A DNA stretch of 64,000 nt from Cetorhinus maximus (Eukaryota). Every line of letters begins with the position of its first letter. Within the stretch, counting starts at the first letter, position 1. The stretch lies in NCBI RefSeq assembly GCF_964194155.1, contig NC_135902.1, positions 49,538,001 through 49,602,000 on the forward strand, read 5' to 3'. Below, piece by piece: positions 24,840 to 36,722 of the stretch. Made by a program: the position numbers and the translations under genes. The notes beneath the pieces are model-generated. The model made no database searches and had not been told where the DNA came from. It was given only the letters and a program-made list of their open reading frames with translations.

Positions 24840-25790
24840 AAGGTTTTATCTGTCCCTTCCTGCTATTCTATGACCCTCATTTGCCACATTACTATTATGG
24901 TCACCTGCTTTGAACCTAGCCCTTGATTTCCCACATCAACCCAAGCTTGATCCCTCACCCTACTTTAGTTTAAAGCTCTCTACTTCCCTAGTCATGCGAT
25001 TCGTAAGAACACACATCCCAGCAAAGTTCTGGTATGGACCATTCCAACAGTACAGCCCCTACTTTCCCCAGTACTGATGCCAGTGCCCCACAAACCAGAA
25101 TCCATTTCTCCCACCACATCCATTTCTAATCTTACTTGCCCTATGCCAATTTTAGGTAATAACCCAGACATTAGTACTTTTTGAGGTTCTGCTTAATTTG
25201 GTACCTAGCTTCTCATACCAAGCAAAACATCCTTCCTTTTCCTGCCTGTCATTGGGACCTACATGGACCACAATGACACTAACCTTTCCACTGCAAATTC
25301 TTCTCCAGCCCTGAGCAGATGTCCCAAACCCTGACAATGGGCACAGAACACAGCCTTCTGGGCTCTTGTTCCTTGCTGCAGAGAGGAGTGTAAATCCCCT
25401 TCACTATACTCTCCCCTACCAAATTCCTGTTTGCTCCCCCTGCTTGAACAGCTTCCTGTACCATGGCCAGTATGCTCATCCACAGGTTGTGAGCACCTCA
25501 AACCTGTTTAACAATTGCAAATCTGAGGCTCCTCCACTACTGTCCATTTGGTCCCATTACCTGCCTCACTGACCAGTCATCATATTGTCCCTCACTGATG
25601 AGTAAAACAGACAGCCAAGATGCATGGAAAAATGTGTCCAGGCATTTCTCCCCCTCACATTGCACAGTATCTGCAGTTTGGCTTCTAGATCAATAATCTG
25701 GAATTTCTCATAGCTGCAGAAAGTGTAAACAGCTAGTTTATTATGGATCACCTTGGTGTACAGAAACTCATTCCACAGCTGCAACACAAC
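24840..25790 (-). mobile_element. CR1 5' region with ORF1 esterase remnant (continues at ~23300-23575)
   Basis: LVGESIVKG...VRVWDI...LEKNL...VIVVHVGPND is an SGNH-esterase-type CR1 ORF1 pattern. Confidence 0.75.
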
Positions 25791-26804
25791 AATGTTACAA
25801 CAGGTGTGTTATGTTAGTGAAGAAATTAGATCAACATTCTTAGCAGACTTGTAGGCTACAGACTCATTGTAAACCCACCATAGATTCTTTTGGATCCCCA
25901 ATATTTGTCACCTATGAAATGAAGGTGGAGTCACCAAGTTAATGAGGGTTGCAAAATTCCTAAGAAAATATTGCCTGGCTATGCATGAGGCTGAATATAG
26001 AAGTCAGAAAGGGAGGATCACACCTACACCTGACCAGTTTATTTGCTCTATGGATGTCCATAAATGAGGGAAAAAACAGGCAGTTAGAATATTGATTACT
26101 CTGCAGTTAGTTCTTTCCCACTGAAATCCAATATTTAGTTTTTTAAAAATGTAGACAAACTAGCCTCTACAATGGGCTGCTCAAATTTGTTTAATCATTT
26201 CATAGCCCCCGACCAAAATTACCATTGATTCTCACTGTTGCAAAACATTCAGCTTTTGCATTACAATTGCATCAGTCATTTGTGCAGATTCTAAATGATG
26301 CCAGTAGGGGCTTGAAAAAACTGAAGTAGATCATGAGACTTCAAATTATGATACTAGGGGGTCTTAGAAATTGATTGATTTGTTTCCCTGAAGCTGAACA
26401 GTACTCCCAGCTTTGTTTTATTAATATATTCAGAATTCACTCAGTGGAGAAGGGTGGGAGATATTGCTAAGTGTATAAAGGCCTGCAAACTTCTAGCATT
26501 TTGTTTTAATTCATTTAGAGTATCTGGTTGCATCAGCAGAATCACTATCTTGCAGGTTAAAATTACAAGTTCAAGGTTTACATCCCAAGCTATCCCTCAC
26601 TCCACTGCTCAAGAACAACTTGCTCCAAATTATGAAACTTTGAAATGACTCAAAATCCACTACTCATTGTGGTAAAGCATAAGCCCAAGCACCTATCACA
26701 TCATGTAAGCAGCCAATGATATGAACCACAAATTGCCCCTCAAGTCTAGTTGCATTTTGTCCATTACTAATGAGTTTAGCATTGGATAGTTTTTCCAAAA
26801 GGAC

Positions 26805-26821
26805 TTTATTAATTTTTTATT
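26805..26821 (-). terminator. KPNA2 polyadenylation signals (two AATAAA)
   Basis: TTTATT on + at 26805-26810 and 26816-26821, ~250 nt past the stop. Confidence 0.8.
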
Positions 26822-27065
26822 TGAAACCAAAGTATTAACAAAGAGGTCCTACAGCACTCAATGCTAGATGGAGAGAGTAACATAAAATAGTTCAAGTATT
26901 TACATTCTATCAAAATTACAAAAATTGAACAGATTAAATTTTATACAAATGTACAGGAGAAGAGTCAAGTATAACAAGTGTGAAGTGCTAGAATAAGTTT
27001 GACAGTCACAAGAAAAAGGAAATAACTAAACAGGACAGTAATGGCATGTTAAACTAAGATGTTAT

Positions 27066-27155
27066 TCAAAAGTCAAAGGTTACAGCAGGATTCTCAGCCT
27101 GAAATGTAAAAGCTTCTTCAGTAGCATCTGGTACAACATTCTGGTCTTCCTCAAC
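27066..27155 (-). CDS. KPNA2: KPNA2 last coding exon ([29 protein letters not shown])
   Basis: 90 nt including TGA; acceptor ...tttag|. Confidence 0.93.
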   Translation of the reverse strand, partial: VEEDQNVVPDATEEAFTFQAENPAVTFDF

Positions 27156-30100
27156 CTAAAAGCACAAACAATACTGATTACCTTCTATACAAGAAAAATT
27201 GCAGCAGCATTTGAGACTCCAGCTTTATATTAGAACTGTCTCTGTACATTTTTCTATATTAAATTGAAATCCACATGAAACAAATTTATTCTGTCTCCAG
27301 TAACAAATGGCAGTTCAGGAGCCAGATGTTACCAATTCATGTGATGGCAATAGAAATCTGGAAATGGTGAAACCTTGGTAAAGAATGCTTTGATCAAGAT
27401 CTTTTTTCACTGGTTTGTGAAAATGACCAGATTGTGGGTGACTTTAGACATCTGCATGATGTTCATTAGTTAGCTGCTGAGGCAGTAGTTGTGTCACCAA
27501 TGGACAGTTTCATTTCCAGCTTGGCACTACCAGAACAGGAACCAAGTAAAACCAGTAACCATCAACAGCAATACTAATACTTATTTAGTTCCATTACCAA
27601 TCAATAGCAATTTATTGCAACTTGCCAATAAGAATAATGATGAAATAGGCTGAAATCCAGACCCAACTCCAAAGTATTTTCACTTACCTCTTCTGAGAAG
27701 TACTTTTCTATCAGGTTCAGGGAAGCTTTATACACCTGTTCATTTTCATGGGATTGGAGTGCTTCAATTTTGTCTAGACCTCCACATTCTTCGATCAATA
27801 AACAAAGCTTATCTGTTTCATTAACTTTTTCTGCAGTCTGGAATGAACAAATACAGCAATGAAAACTAGGTGAGGTGCAATCTGACTTACTGTGTATTAT
27901 CAATGTATTTGGGTTGCAAGTTATAGATTGACTGAATTCCTTCTAGTTTGAGTGCACTCTTTTAATTAATCATAATTCAATTGTCATCTTGTCCCAACTA
28001 GATAAGCACTTCCAATTGATCCTATTCTGAGTTCTGCAAGATGACATTTAGCCTCTTTAAATCACCACAAGCAACCAACCAATTAGTGAAGAAACTTATC
28101 ATTTAGTATACAAGATTCTGCAGCACATGGACAAGATTAAGCCAGTTTACCATGAAGTTAACTGCAGCACATGCTAAATTTTGCATTTCTAACCATATTT
28201 TGCAACAGATCTGAACAAAAAAATTATAGGTTCACTTCATTTCTGTGATGTTTAGTAACCTGGAAACAACTAATGAGCAGAGAACTGATGTTTAAATGCA
28301 CTACACCAATTACATTTTTAGACAAATGGAAGTCCTTTTAGCACTATGCAATTTAACAAAGTGCTTAACCAAAAACTGCTTAAAAGTACAAAGAATTTTG
28401 CATAATCACATTAATTTAGTTACTAAAACAGCAACTTCAGCATTACACTATATCTTTACAACTGCCCCAGCTAGGAAATTGTATACCCATACCAAACTAC
28501 AAGGTACCCAATTGGACAAGATGTTTGTGGGACTTGTATCTGAAAAATACCTAGTTAGGCACATTTGACTCACTTATGTCAACATTAAACATGCCAAGCA
28601 CTGAACAGAACCTTACCAGGAATATATTAGTAATAGCATCTAAAATGACTTGGATGGTCTTGCAGTCTTTCACAGATAGCAGGGCCAATAATGGCTCAAC
28701 AACTCCAGACTGAACAAGGTAGATAATTTGTTCAATTGTCCCACCACTTGTGTAGTTTGTTACAGCCCACACAGCTTCTTTCTGGGATTTAAAGTCACCC
28801 TGTGAAATAAAGTTGTGAAAAGTTAGACAAGTGGATACAAATGCTGTGTCATACACAAAAGCAGTGCATCTTGATACAGAGCAGTTACCTACACCATTAG
28901 TGGCAAGAATTAATGTTTGCCAACAGGGTCCTTTGTTCTTCTGAGACAGGGCCTTGATTCAAAAATCTAGAACCTCAACTGCAATACTCCCTCAGGACTG
29001 AAGTAAAATCAGGGGAGATTATATGCACAAAGTCAGTGGAGCTTTAACTCACTATAGAGTGCTACCCACTGAGAGACAGCTGACAACCAATACTTGGTAC
29101 AATTAAGCTGCTTGTTAATTGTAATGTGAATAATAGGAGCACTCATTGGTGTCACTGTACATAATGTGGTGTAGTTGGCCTGCTATGCTGCTGATAGTTA
29201 TTGCTCAAACCTTCATACACAAGGCTATCCACCTTTTGTCACCTCGGTCTTGATTGTACCCTCAGCCTCTTGGACTGAGGTGACATGTTATCCTGGAGTT
29301 GAGGATGGGCTCCCCTCAACCAAGTTCCTGGCCACTTAAGGCTGAAATCAAGAGTGGATACTTCACACTCACTGTCTCTCTAGTATCAGCTTTTGCAAAG
29401 ATATCCAAGAACTGACTTTAGGTGAAGTTCAGCTGGATTACTGTAGCACAGAGTAACTTAATTTCACAAGCTGCATTTTCACTTCAGCTTCTCGAGATTA
29501 GCCCCTGACACTAGTTGGTCTAGATTTTGGAGAACAGTTCTTTTGAAGATAGCATACAATTTGCCTGTCAATTCATTGTACTTACTGGGATGCAGTCAGA
29601 CTAAAGGGCCATTTGCTTCCTATCGTAGTAATCAGTCATGTATTACAACCATTTAAATTTAGACATTTAACATTTAGACAGAAGTGTGCTCTTTAGATCC
29701 CAAAGTACAGTAGTGAGCAAGATGACACTGAACCCAAGAGTACAAAAGTAGGAAAAATCTGGAATGGTGACATACTGAGGGGAACAGTACAGTAGGGTTA
29801 CAAAGTTCTCTTGTTTTATGTTTATTATATCCCTGAGTTTGAACAATAAAATGTAATGCTGGATATTAGTCCCAGCTAGGAATATACAATGACTGTTAGC
29901 AACAACTACAGAATTACTCACCTTTCTAAGCAATTGAACGAGGGGCGGAACTAGTCCATTGTCAATAACGGCTTGGATTTGTTCTGGCTTCCCAGCTGTA
30001 ATGTTCGAAATTGTCCAGGCAGCTTCCTTTTGGATGTTGCTCTTTGAGTGGATTAGCAGAGCACCAAAGTAGTTCAACACACCAGAGTCAATCACAATCT

Positions 30101-33100
30101 GTGTCTGATCATCTGTACCAGTCACAATATTGCCCACTGCCCTGAGACCAGGAGTCTGAAAAAAAAACAGGATGTATGCTGGTGATTCACTTATTAAATT
30201 GCAACACTTGCTCTCTTCCCCCACTCAGGAGGAGTTAATTTACTTTCAGGACAAAATCAGGATATGCCCTACACTGCCAATTATAGACATCTCTGCAGTC
30301 CCAAAACTCATTCCTTAAAGTGTCAGTAACCTAATGGGTTTTAGGTAAGTCACTGAAAAGTCTGACAAAATCGACTGCATAAAATTGCAAACTTGTTATA
30401 TTAAAAAAATCAGTATTAACATTTATTTGGCAGTTCATCTAAGTCACTTTTCAGCTAAACTACTTTGTTTAAAAAGTCAAAGGGCTGCCAGACTCCCTTA
30501 GAGGGAAATCAAAACTCTGAAGCACATATCCCTTAAAACCTAACTATTTGTTAAATTTATACTATCTAACTGCATTATAGCAGGATCTTTAGAGGTTGTA
30601 CTTGTTCACTGGCAATGAAAATCCATGCCAACTCACTTGAACCAGGTTGAAAATGCTGCATGTGCTACAATGCTTTGTGCAGCTCAGTGGCAAATTTTGA
30701 ATTCTGAGTTGTCACTGACAACAGTAACCACTGAGCTGATGATTCACCCAACAGCCCACTCCTGCCTTCCAACATATTGATTAAATTTAAATATTTCTAA
30801 ATCTGTGATTTGAATTTTGTCAATGGTTGGCACACCTTGTGTTAAAATTTCTCATTTAAAAATTGAACTTACCACTATTGATAGCTCACATGATGCCAGC
30901 AGCTGCACCAAGCGTGGTACCACACCAGTACACACCACCACTTCAATGCGATCATTTGAGCCATCTGTTAGATAAGAGATGGCCCAGCATGCATCTGTAA
31001 GAACTTCTTTATCATCATGGTGTAGAAGGCGTACAAGGGCTGGTAGAATCTGCTTTACTGCTTCTATAGGTGGAGATGGGCTCTTGTTACGGCAGAGATT
31101 TGACAATGTCCAAGTTAAATTTCGCAAATAACTCGACTGGAATGAGATAAATAGATAGATATTAGATAGAGACACTATGATACTATGATAATCAACCCAA
31201 TGCTTCCTTTTGTTAAATTTTAATAGGTTGCTTAGGTGGAATCTCAGCAGACAGACTACACATTGCTATTCCTTCACTGTTGTGTAAACATCCTGGAACA
31301 GTATTGTTGGTCTACCTGCACCACAAGAGCTGCTGCAGTTCAAGGTGACTCATCGGCATCTCAAAGGGCAATTTGAAATGAACAATAGTGCTAATCTTGC
31401 CAATCTGGATGGATTGCCACATCACAAATAAAAGTGCAAGATATTACTCAACACATTTGAGCAAAATAAACCCACTGCTGTTCCAAAAATACAAAGTATA
31501 CAGTATTATACTCGATTAGGATCAATGTTACCATCACTACTTGGCATGAAACCAGAGACATCTGTCAATTTTCATGCAACTCAACTGAGAAAGTGGCTCA
31601 CCGATAATGCAGATAATTCAGGAACAGCCAATAATGCAAGTAATGGGTCAAGGGCTCCACACTTGATAACCAAGTCTCTGTAGTGTGATCCATCACCTGT
31701 AACAAATAAACTGGTTTGTTTTCAATTTGTCTGGAAAACCATTTTGATCATAAGTATACAAAGCAAAATCAACTACAGGGCTTCCAAGTAACATGGGCCA
31801 AAAAAAAAAAAATTAGTTGAGACCCTAGAATATGTTTCAGGGTTCTAGTGAGTGGATAAATTTCCAAAATGAGACACTCAGCTGAGTTACCACAGGCCAG
31901 GGAGTTTTGTAATCTCAAAAAAGATAGATAGAATTATCCAGGAGTCAGCTGATGCATTTTGGTAGTAGCTAGAGGCAATATGGTCTTCATGGCTAGTTCT
32001 AGGTGTGCAGGCACATAAAGATGTGGGAGTTCATGTGCATAGATCTTGGAGGGTGGCAGGACAGATTGACTAGGCAGCAAAACTTCACATGAGGTTTACT
32101 ACAAAAGCAGGAAGTTATGCTGAACATTTTAAGGCCTCAATTAGAATACTGAATCGATGTTTGGCCATTGTTATAGGATTGAAGGCCCTTGACACTACAG
32201 AGTAGATTTCACACAAAAATTCCCTCATCCATGGAACCAAACTACAAGATTAGATTGAAGCTGGGGTTATTCTCCTTGGAGAAAGGGAGAATTTGAAAGA
32301 GGTTTAGTTTAGACAGGTTTAGATAGACAAAGGAAAGCTGTTCCCATCAGTTGATGGTGTTAGAAATTAGAGAACATAGATTTAAGGTTTTGGGCAAGGG
32401 GAACAAGGAAGAACTTTAAAAATTGCAGCAAGTAGTTATGTATAACCAGGAATGAACTGCTCGAGGGCAGTGGAAGCAGAGAATGATTTTGAAAGGAAAT
32501 TGGATAGATACTAAGGGAATACATTTGCAGGACGGTGGGGGGGGGGCGGAAAGAGGAGAGAAGTAAGGAGAAAGAAGAGGAAAATGGGACTGACTGGAAT
32601 GCTTAGAGCTGGCACAGATTCAATGGGATGAGTCATTATGACTGGTCAATTAAACCTCTTACTACACAGTTGAAATGTGATACATAAAATCAGAATGTGA
32701 CTTGGTGCCAAAACACAATGGAGTACACCAATAACTCTTCCAAGTGGCCTTTCATGTTGCTTCAAGAGGACCAGGGTACTCAATGGCAGGTGTGCCCACA
32801 GTCAAATTAGTGATTGGCCATCAAATATAAACCAACTTTCTCTTGCCCAACCCCCTCCTGTCCTGAAGAGTTACATTTCTACTAGTTGTTTATGGCCAGG
32901 TTATGACAGCCAAGTTACAAGCTGCACTTGTCAGTTAGTAAACATCTTAAACAATCCTTTTGCCCTTCAATGTAGTTATGAAGCAACAGTTACCTGCAAT
33001 GTTTCCTAAAGCCCATACTGCTTGTTCACTGATGTGTGGATGCGGAGAAGCTAACAAATTGATGAATGCTGTAATAGCACCACCATCAACGACTGCCTTG

Positions 33101-35741
33101 GTCTGATCAGAGGTTCCAGAAGCTATGTTGGTGAGGGCCCATGCAGCTTCAAACTGGATAGGGCTGCAGTTAAAGTTCCCAAGGAATCCTACAAATTTGG
33201 GGATGAGCCCAGCCTGAATAATTTTGTCAATGGGAGGATGTTTCTCTCTAGAAAGCAGCTTCCTGGAAAGAAAACAACAACAACAATTTAAAGACCAATG
33301 AGTTAAGCATATGTAAAATAGGAGTGTTGACCCTGAAAGAGAAACTATGGTTTTAGAATCAGCAGCTCTAACTGGGAAGCTAGAGACAAACAAGATAAAG
33401 TATGTTTGAATTGTTTTAGAATCTGAAATATCACTGGTTTCATCCCCATTGCCATACTAGCTAACCTGAGTTATTACAATTTGTCCGCTTTGGCTAGTTG
33501 GTGCCGGTGGCAGGATTGGATCAGATTTTATTTTTATTCAGGGACTTATTGATGCTCAGGTTTAGTTCTATCCAGTCTGTCAAATAGCCTATTTTTGCTC
33601 TCATTCCCAATGAAATGGAGTTAGATACAAGTCAACCCATTGATTGTGGAGCCTACTCCTTTTCCTATATTCCAAGTACATTCTCACCACTCCCCTGATC
33701 ACATCATGGCCATGATATCCATCTGTGGTTTTTATCAGGTGGAAAACAGGGACCCAATTACTGATCACGTAGGCAGTAAGTGAATAGAGCACTATTTGTC
33801 TCCAGGTAACCCCTCTAACCAGCTGTTAACAGTGACATTAACTGATAGGCATCTGCTTTAACTGTGGAAGGACCTTGGGCAGCGGCGTTGAGCCAAGGTA
33901 AACTTAATGAAGCTTGTCGTTTAGTTGTATATAAAAAGCTGTAGTAAGGAAATACATTGTAGTCTTCTGAAAAACTATTGAAAGCCTAATCAACAAGTAT
34001 TACTGGAAATGTGACTGCATGGGTAGAAATTTCTAAAAGATGGAAAGCAATGGGCAAATCAGTGTTTGAATGCAAGTTTTAGAAAAAAAAAGCTTACTTT
34101 CTAAAGCTACTTGGATAAGTGCACAAATATTGGTGTTCGCAGATGCTAAGAGAAAGAAAGCAGCCCAGGGTACAGATACCAGACAGTACTGAACCAGTAG
34201 AATCACATCTAGGTGATATTAAAGCTGGAAATGGGCAATAAATGTAGCCTTACTAATTTTACTGGATCCTAAGTGCATGTGTAGCCGTCAGGACAGGGCT
34301 CAATGATGATGTCATGTTTCTTAAAGCACTAGGCAGTGTTACTGTACACATTCAAGAAGCGGACACCAATCCCCACTGAAAATCACCCCCCCTCCCTAGA
34401 GAAATTGGTTAAACCAGATTTTCTTGAACTAGAAAACTACAATACCCAATTAAAGCTACATTGTAGCTCGAGTATTCGGCCCAATTATAATTATTCTCTA
34501 TGCTGAAGCATGGAGCTCTAATTCTAGAGATCTGTAAAATATAGCACTGAATTGACAAAACAAAGGGTATAAAATCTTAAAAATTTAACTACCGGTGATA
34601 AGTGATTGGAGACAAGCATAAATTCTTCAGGCTAATAAAGGTCTCAAGGATAAGACCCTGTGAGCCCTATAGCGAGCGCTTGAATTGCATAATAGTACTT
34701 TAGCTACTTTAGATGAATTATGATTCCTCAAATGTAACAGGTGGGAGAAATTGCACCAATTCTAAACATGCTGGTAAATTGTTAATATTGAATTATGTTT
34801 GTGACACCACACTGCTTAATTGCAAATTTAAAAATATCAAGCTCTTAAGTTCCACACCAAACTTACAAATACTATATCATTTTAAAAAGGCTTCAAATTC
34901 CAACAGCAGTGGAAAGACGGTCAACCCGTATTCTACAGAATACTGAAAGGCCTGGATAGAGTGGACGTGGGGAAGATGTTTCCATTAGTGGGACAGACTA
35001 GGACCCGAGGGCACAGCCTCAGAGGAGAAACTTCTTTAGCCAGAGAGTGGTGAATCTATGGAATTCATTGCCACAGAAGGCTGTGGAGGCCAGGTCATTG
35101 TGTGCATTTAAGACCGAGATAGATAGGTCTTGATTGGTAAGGGGATCAAAGGTTACGGGGAGAAGGTGGGAGAATGGGGTTGAGAAACTTATCAGACATG
35201 ATAAGGAGCAGACTCGATGGGCCGAATGGCCTAATTTCTGCTCCTGTGTCTTATGGTCTAACCCATTCTTACCTAGCAGCCTGAGTCGCTTGCAGTTGAG
35301 TTTCCAAAAAATTGCTCTGGAGGCTTTGGATTATGTCTTCCAAACTCATATGTACCTGATTTTTATTAAAAAAATAAAGTTTAGCAATCGAAAGCGATCA
35401 AAAACAGATCCATTAAAAAAAGTAAAACGACTCATTTAAAGTATACGATACCTGGATGCTGTTCTTCTCCTGAAGGGGGGACACGTTTTCATCAGGAAAA
35501 CTACTCACGTTCCTCCTTTTAAACAGCTGATCATCCTTTTTCGCTTTCCGCAGCTCAACATTGGTTTCGATTCTCCTGCGTCGCAATTCCTTCGAGTAGG
35601 AACGGAACCAATTAAGCTATTTGCAACTATAATGAAACTGCCAAAACTTCCATAAAAATTACAACTCACATTGGCGTCTTTACCCTTGTTCTTAAACTTT
35701 GTCAGGCGGGTGCAGGAGTTCTCGTTGACCGTGGTTGACAT
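27066..35741 (-). CDS. KPNA2: Importin subunit alpha-1 (karyopherin alpha 2), complete spliced CDS, 525 aa
   Basis: Coding exons 35741-35670, 35589-35452, 35355-35273, 33262-32994, 31696-31602, 31136-30873, 30155-29922, 28799-28617, 27837-27688, 27155-27066 (72/138/83/269/95/264/234/183/150/90 nt = 1578 nt). All introns are GT-AG and the frame is continuous. IBB domain (ELRRRR...KRRNV), ARM repeats ([35 protein letters not shown]) and C-terminus ...TFDF*. Neighbouring genes favour KPNA2 over KPNA7. Confidence 0.96.
27688..27837 (-). CDS. KPNA2: KPNA2 coding exon 9 (TAEKV...[19 protein letters not shown]...YFSEE)
   Basis: 150 nt. Confidence 0.96.
28617..28799 (-). CDS. KPNA2: KPNA2 coding exon 8 ([20 protein letters not shown]...)
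   Basis: 183 nt. Confidence 0.96.
29922..30155 (-). CDS. KPNA2: KPNA2 coding exon 7 ([13 protein letters not shown]...LLRK)
   Basis: 234 nt, ARM repeats. Confidence 0.96.
30873..31136 (-). CDS. KPNA2: KPNA2 coding exon 6 ([16 protein letters not shown]...)
   Basis: 264 nt, ARM repeats. Confidence 0.96.
31602..31696 (-). CDS. KPNA2: KPNA2 coding exon 5 ([32 protein letters not shown])
   Basis: 95 nt, AG/GT boundaries; too short for the ORF track. Confidence 0.94.
32000..32640 (+). mobile_element. Degenerate CR1 3' fragment in a KPNA2 intron
   Basis: gaagctggggttattctccttggag...tttaaggttttgggcaag...ggaaattggatagatact. Confidence 0.7.
32994..33262 (-). CDS. KPNA2: KPNA2 coding exon 4 ([12 protein letters not shown]...WALGNIA)
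   Basis: 269 nt, ARM repeats. Confidence 0.96.
34936..35260 (+). mobile_element. CR1 3' end inside a KPNA2 intron (antisense)
   Basis: Typical CR1 tail: ttctttagccagagagtggtgaatctatggaattcattgccacag...gatgggccgaatggcct. Confidence 0.88.
35273..35355 (-). CDS. KPNA2: KPNA2 coding exon 3 (VHMSLEDII...QLQATQAAR)
   Basis: 83 nt, follows a 96-nt intron, donor GTAAGA. Confidence 0.92.
35452..35589 (-). CDS. KPNA2: KPNA2 coding exon 2 (IBB: [28 protein letters not shown]...)
   Basis: 138 nt, AG/GT boundaries, follows an 80-nt intron. Confidence 0.95.
35670..35741 (-). CDS. KPNA2: KPNA2 coding exon 1 ([24 protein letters not shown])
   Basis: ATG at 35741, donor GTGAGT; upstream acceptor ...catag| places the exon start at 35775. 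Confidence 0.93.
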
Positions 35742-36223
35742 CGTCCAATTTCAAGTCACTCGATCAAAATCACCTCTATGTAACAAAATAGACAAGAGCT
35801 GGATACATTTAAGATGCTTCAACCGTCAGGGAGGATATTTTAAAAAAGGTATTTTAAAAAGTTGTTGTTAAATAGGAAAAAAAAGTTAATGCTCCGTTAA
35901 AAGGGAGATTTCTACATCCAGTTAAAAAAGTTAGCAACCAGTAAGTTCCAGCACTTAAACTAGCTTAAAGAGTTGCTTGGTTAAATAAAGAATAGCTCAA
36001 AGGAAAAAATTAAACGAGTTTTATATACTTCCCGTAAGTTACAAGACAAAGATTTACACGCTCGCCACGTTTGAAGAGAGTTTCACCTAAGATACTTACA
36101 CCAGAGTTGTACCTTCGTAAAAATTTATATTGCCACAATACAAGAGCAATAGCTTCTATAATCTTAGTATTAACAAAATGCTGTAAGCTTAAAAAAAAAC
36201 TTAAATACCAAAATAAGTCTTAC

Positions 36224-36420
36224 AACTATGTTTATCGTGATAGTCGCTGCACAAACTCAATCCAACAGTGCGAGCCGGGCCGCCGCTCCAGCTATTTAAA
36301 GTTCCCGCGTTACCCCGCTCCTATTGGTTCATTCGATTCAAAGCAATTTCTCAATTGGCTGATTTGAAAGAAGCTGAGGATGCAGTTGGATGGATTACCG
36401 TGCCAACCGCGCAGCCAATC
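36224..36420 (-). promoter_or_regulatory. KPNA2 promoter and probable non-coding exon 1
   Basis: CpG-rich. TATA-like TTTAAATAG (36292-36300), E2F-type TTCCCGCG (36302-36309), CCAAT boxes (36323-27, 36354-58, 36415-19), CHR-type TTTGAA (36337-42, 36363-68). Candidate donors are GTAAGA after 36224 or GTAAGT after 36100. Confidence 0.8.
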
Positions 36421-36722
36421 AGCTGGAGGGTAATAAAAATGTTACTCCGCGCATAGCGCCGTCCCTGGAGGGTTTGCTTCTTTTAGGTCTGTGTGTTTAA
36501 TTCACTTCCTTCTCCTGTTGTTCTTCCACGTGGAACTTCGCAGTGTGTATATATATATCCATATATAAAAACCTATTAGTTTAGAAATAAGACATAGAAA
36601 ATGCTGGAAATGTTCAGCAAGTCAGACCCTCGTTCACTTGCGGTCCTTCTGCGACATTATCCGAAAATGCGTCAAGTTTAGGGTGACCATTCATCTAGCT
36701 TTCCACCAGACAATTCGGTTTT

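Noticed and set aside
27066-35741. Alternative call as KPNA7 or a retrocopy
   Set aside because: The full intron set is present, and the neighbours SMURF2, tRNA-Arg(CCG) and C17orf58 are those of KPNA2.
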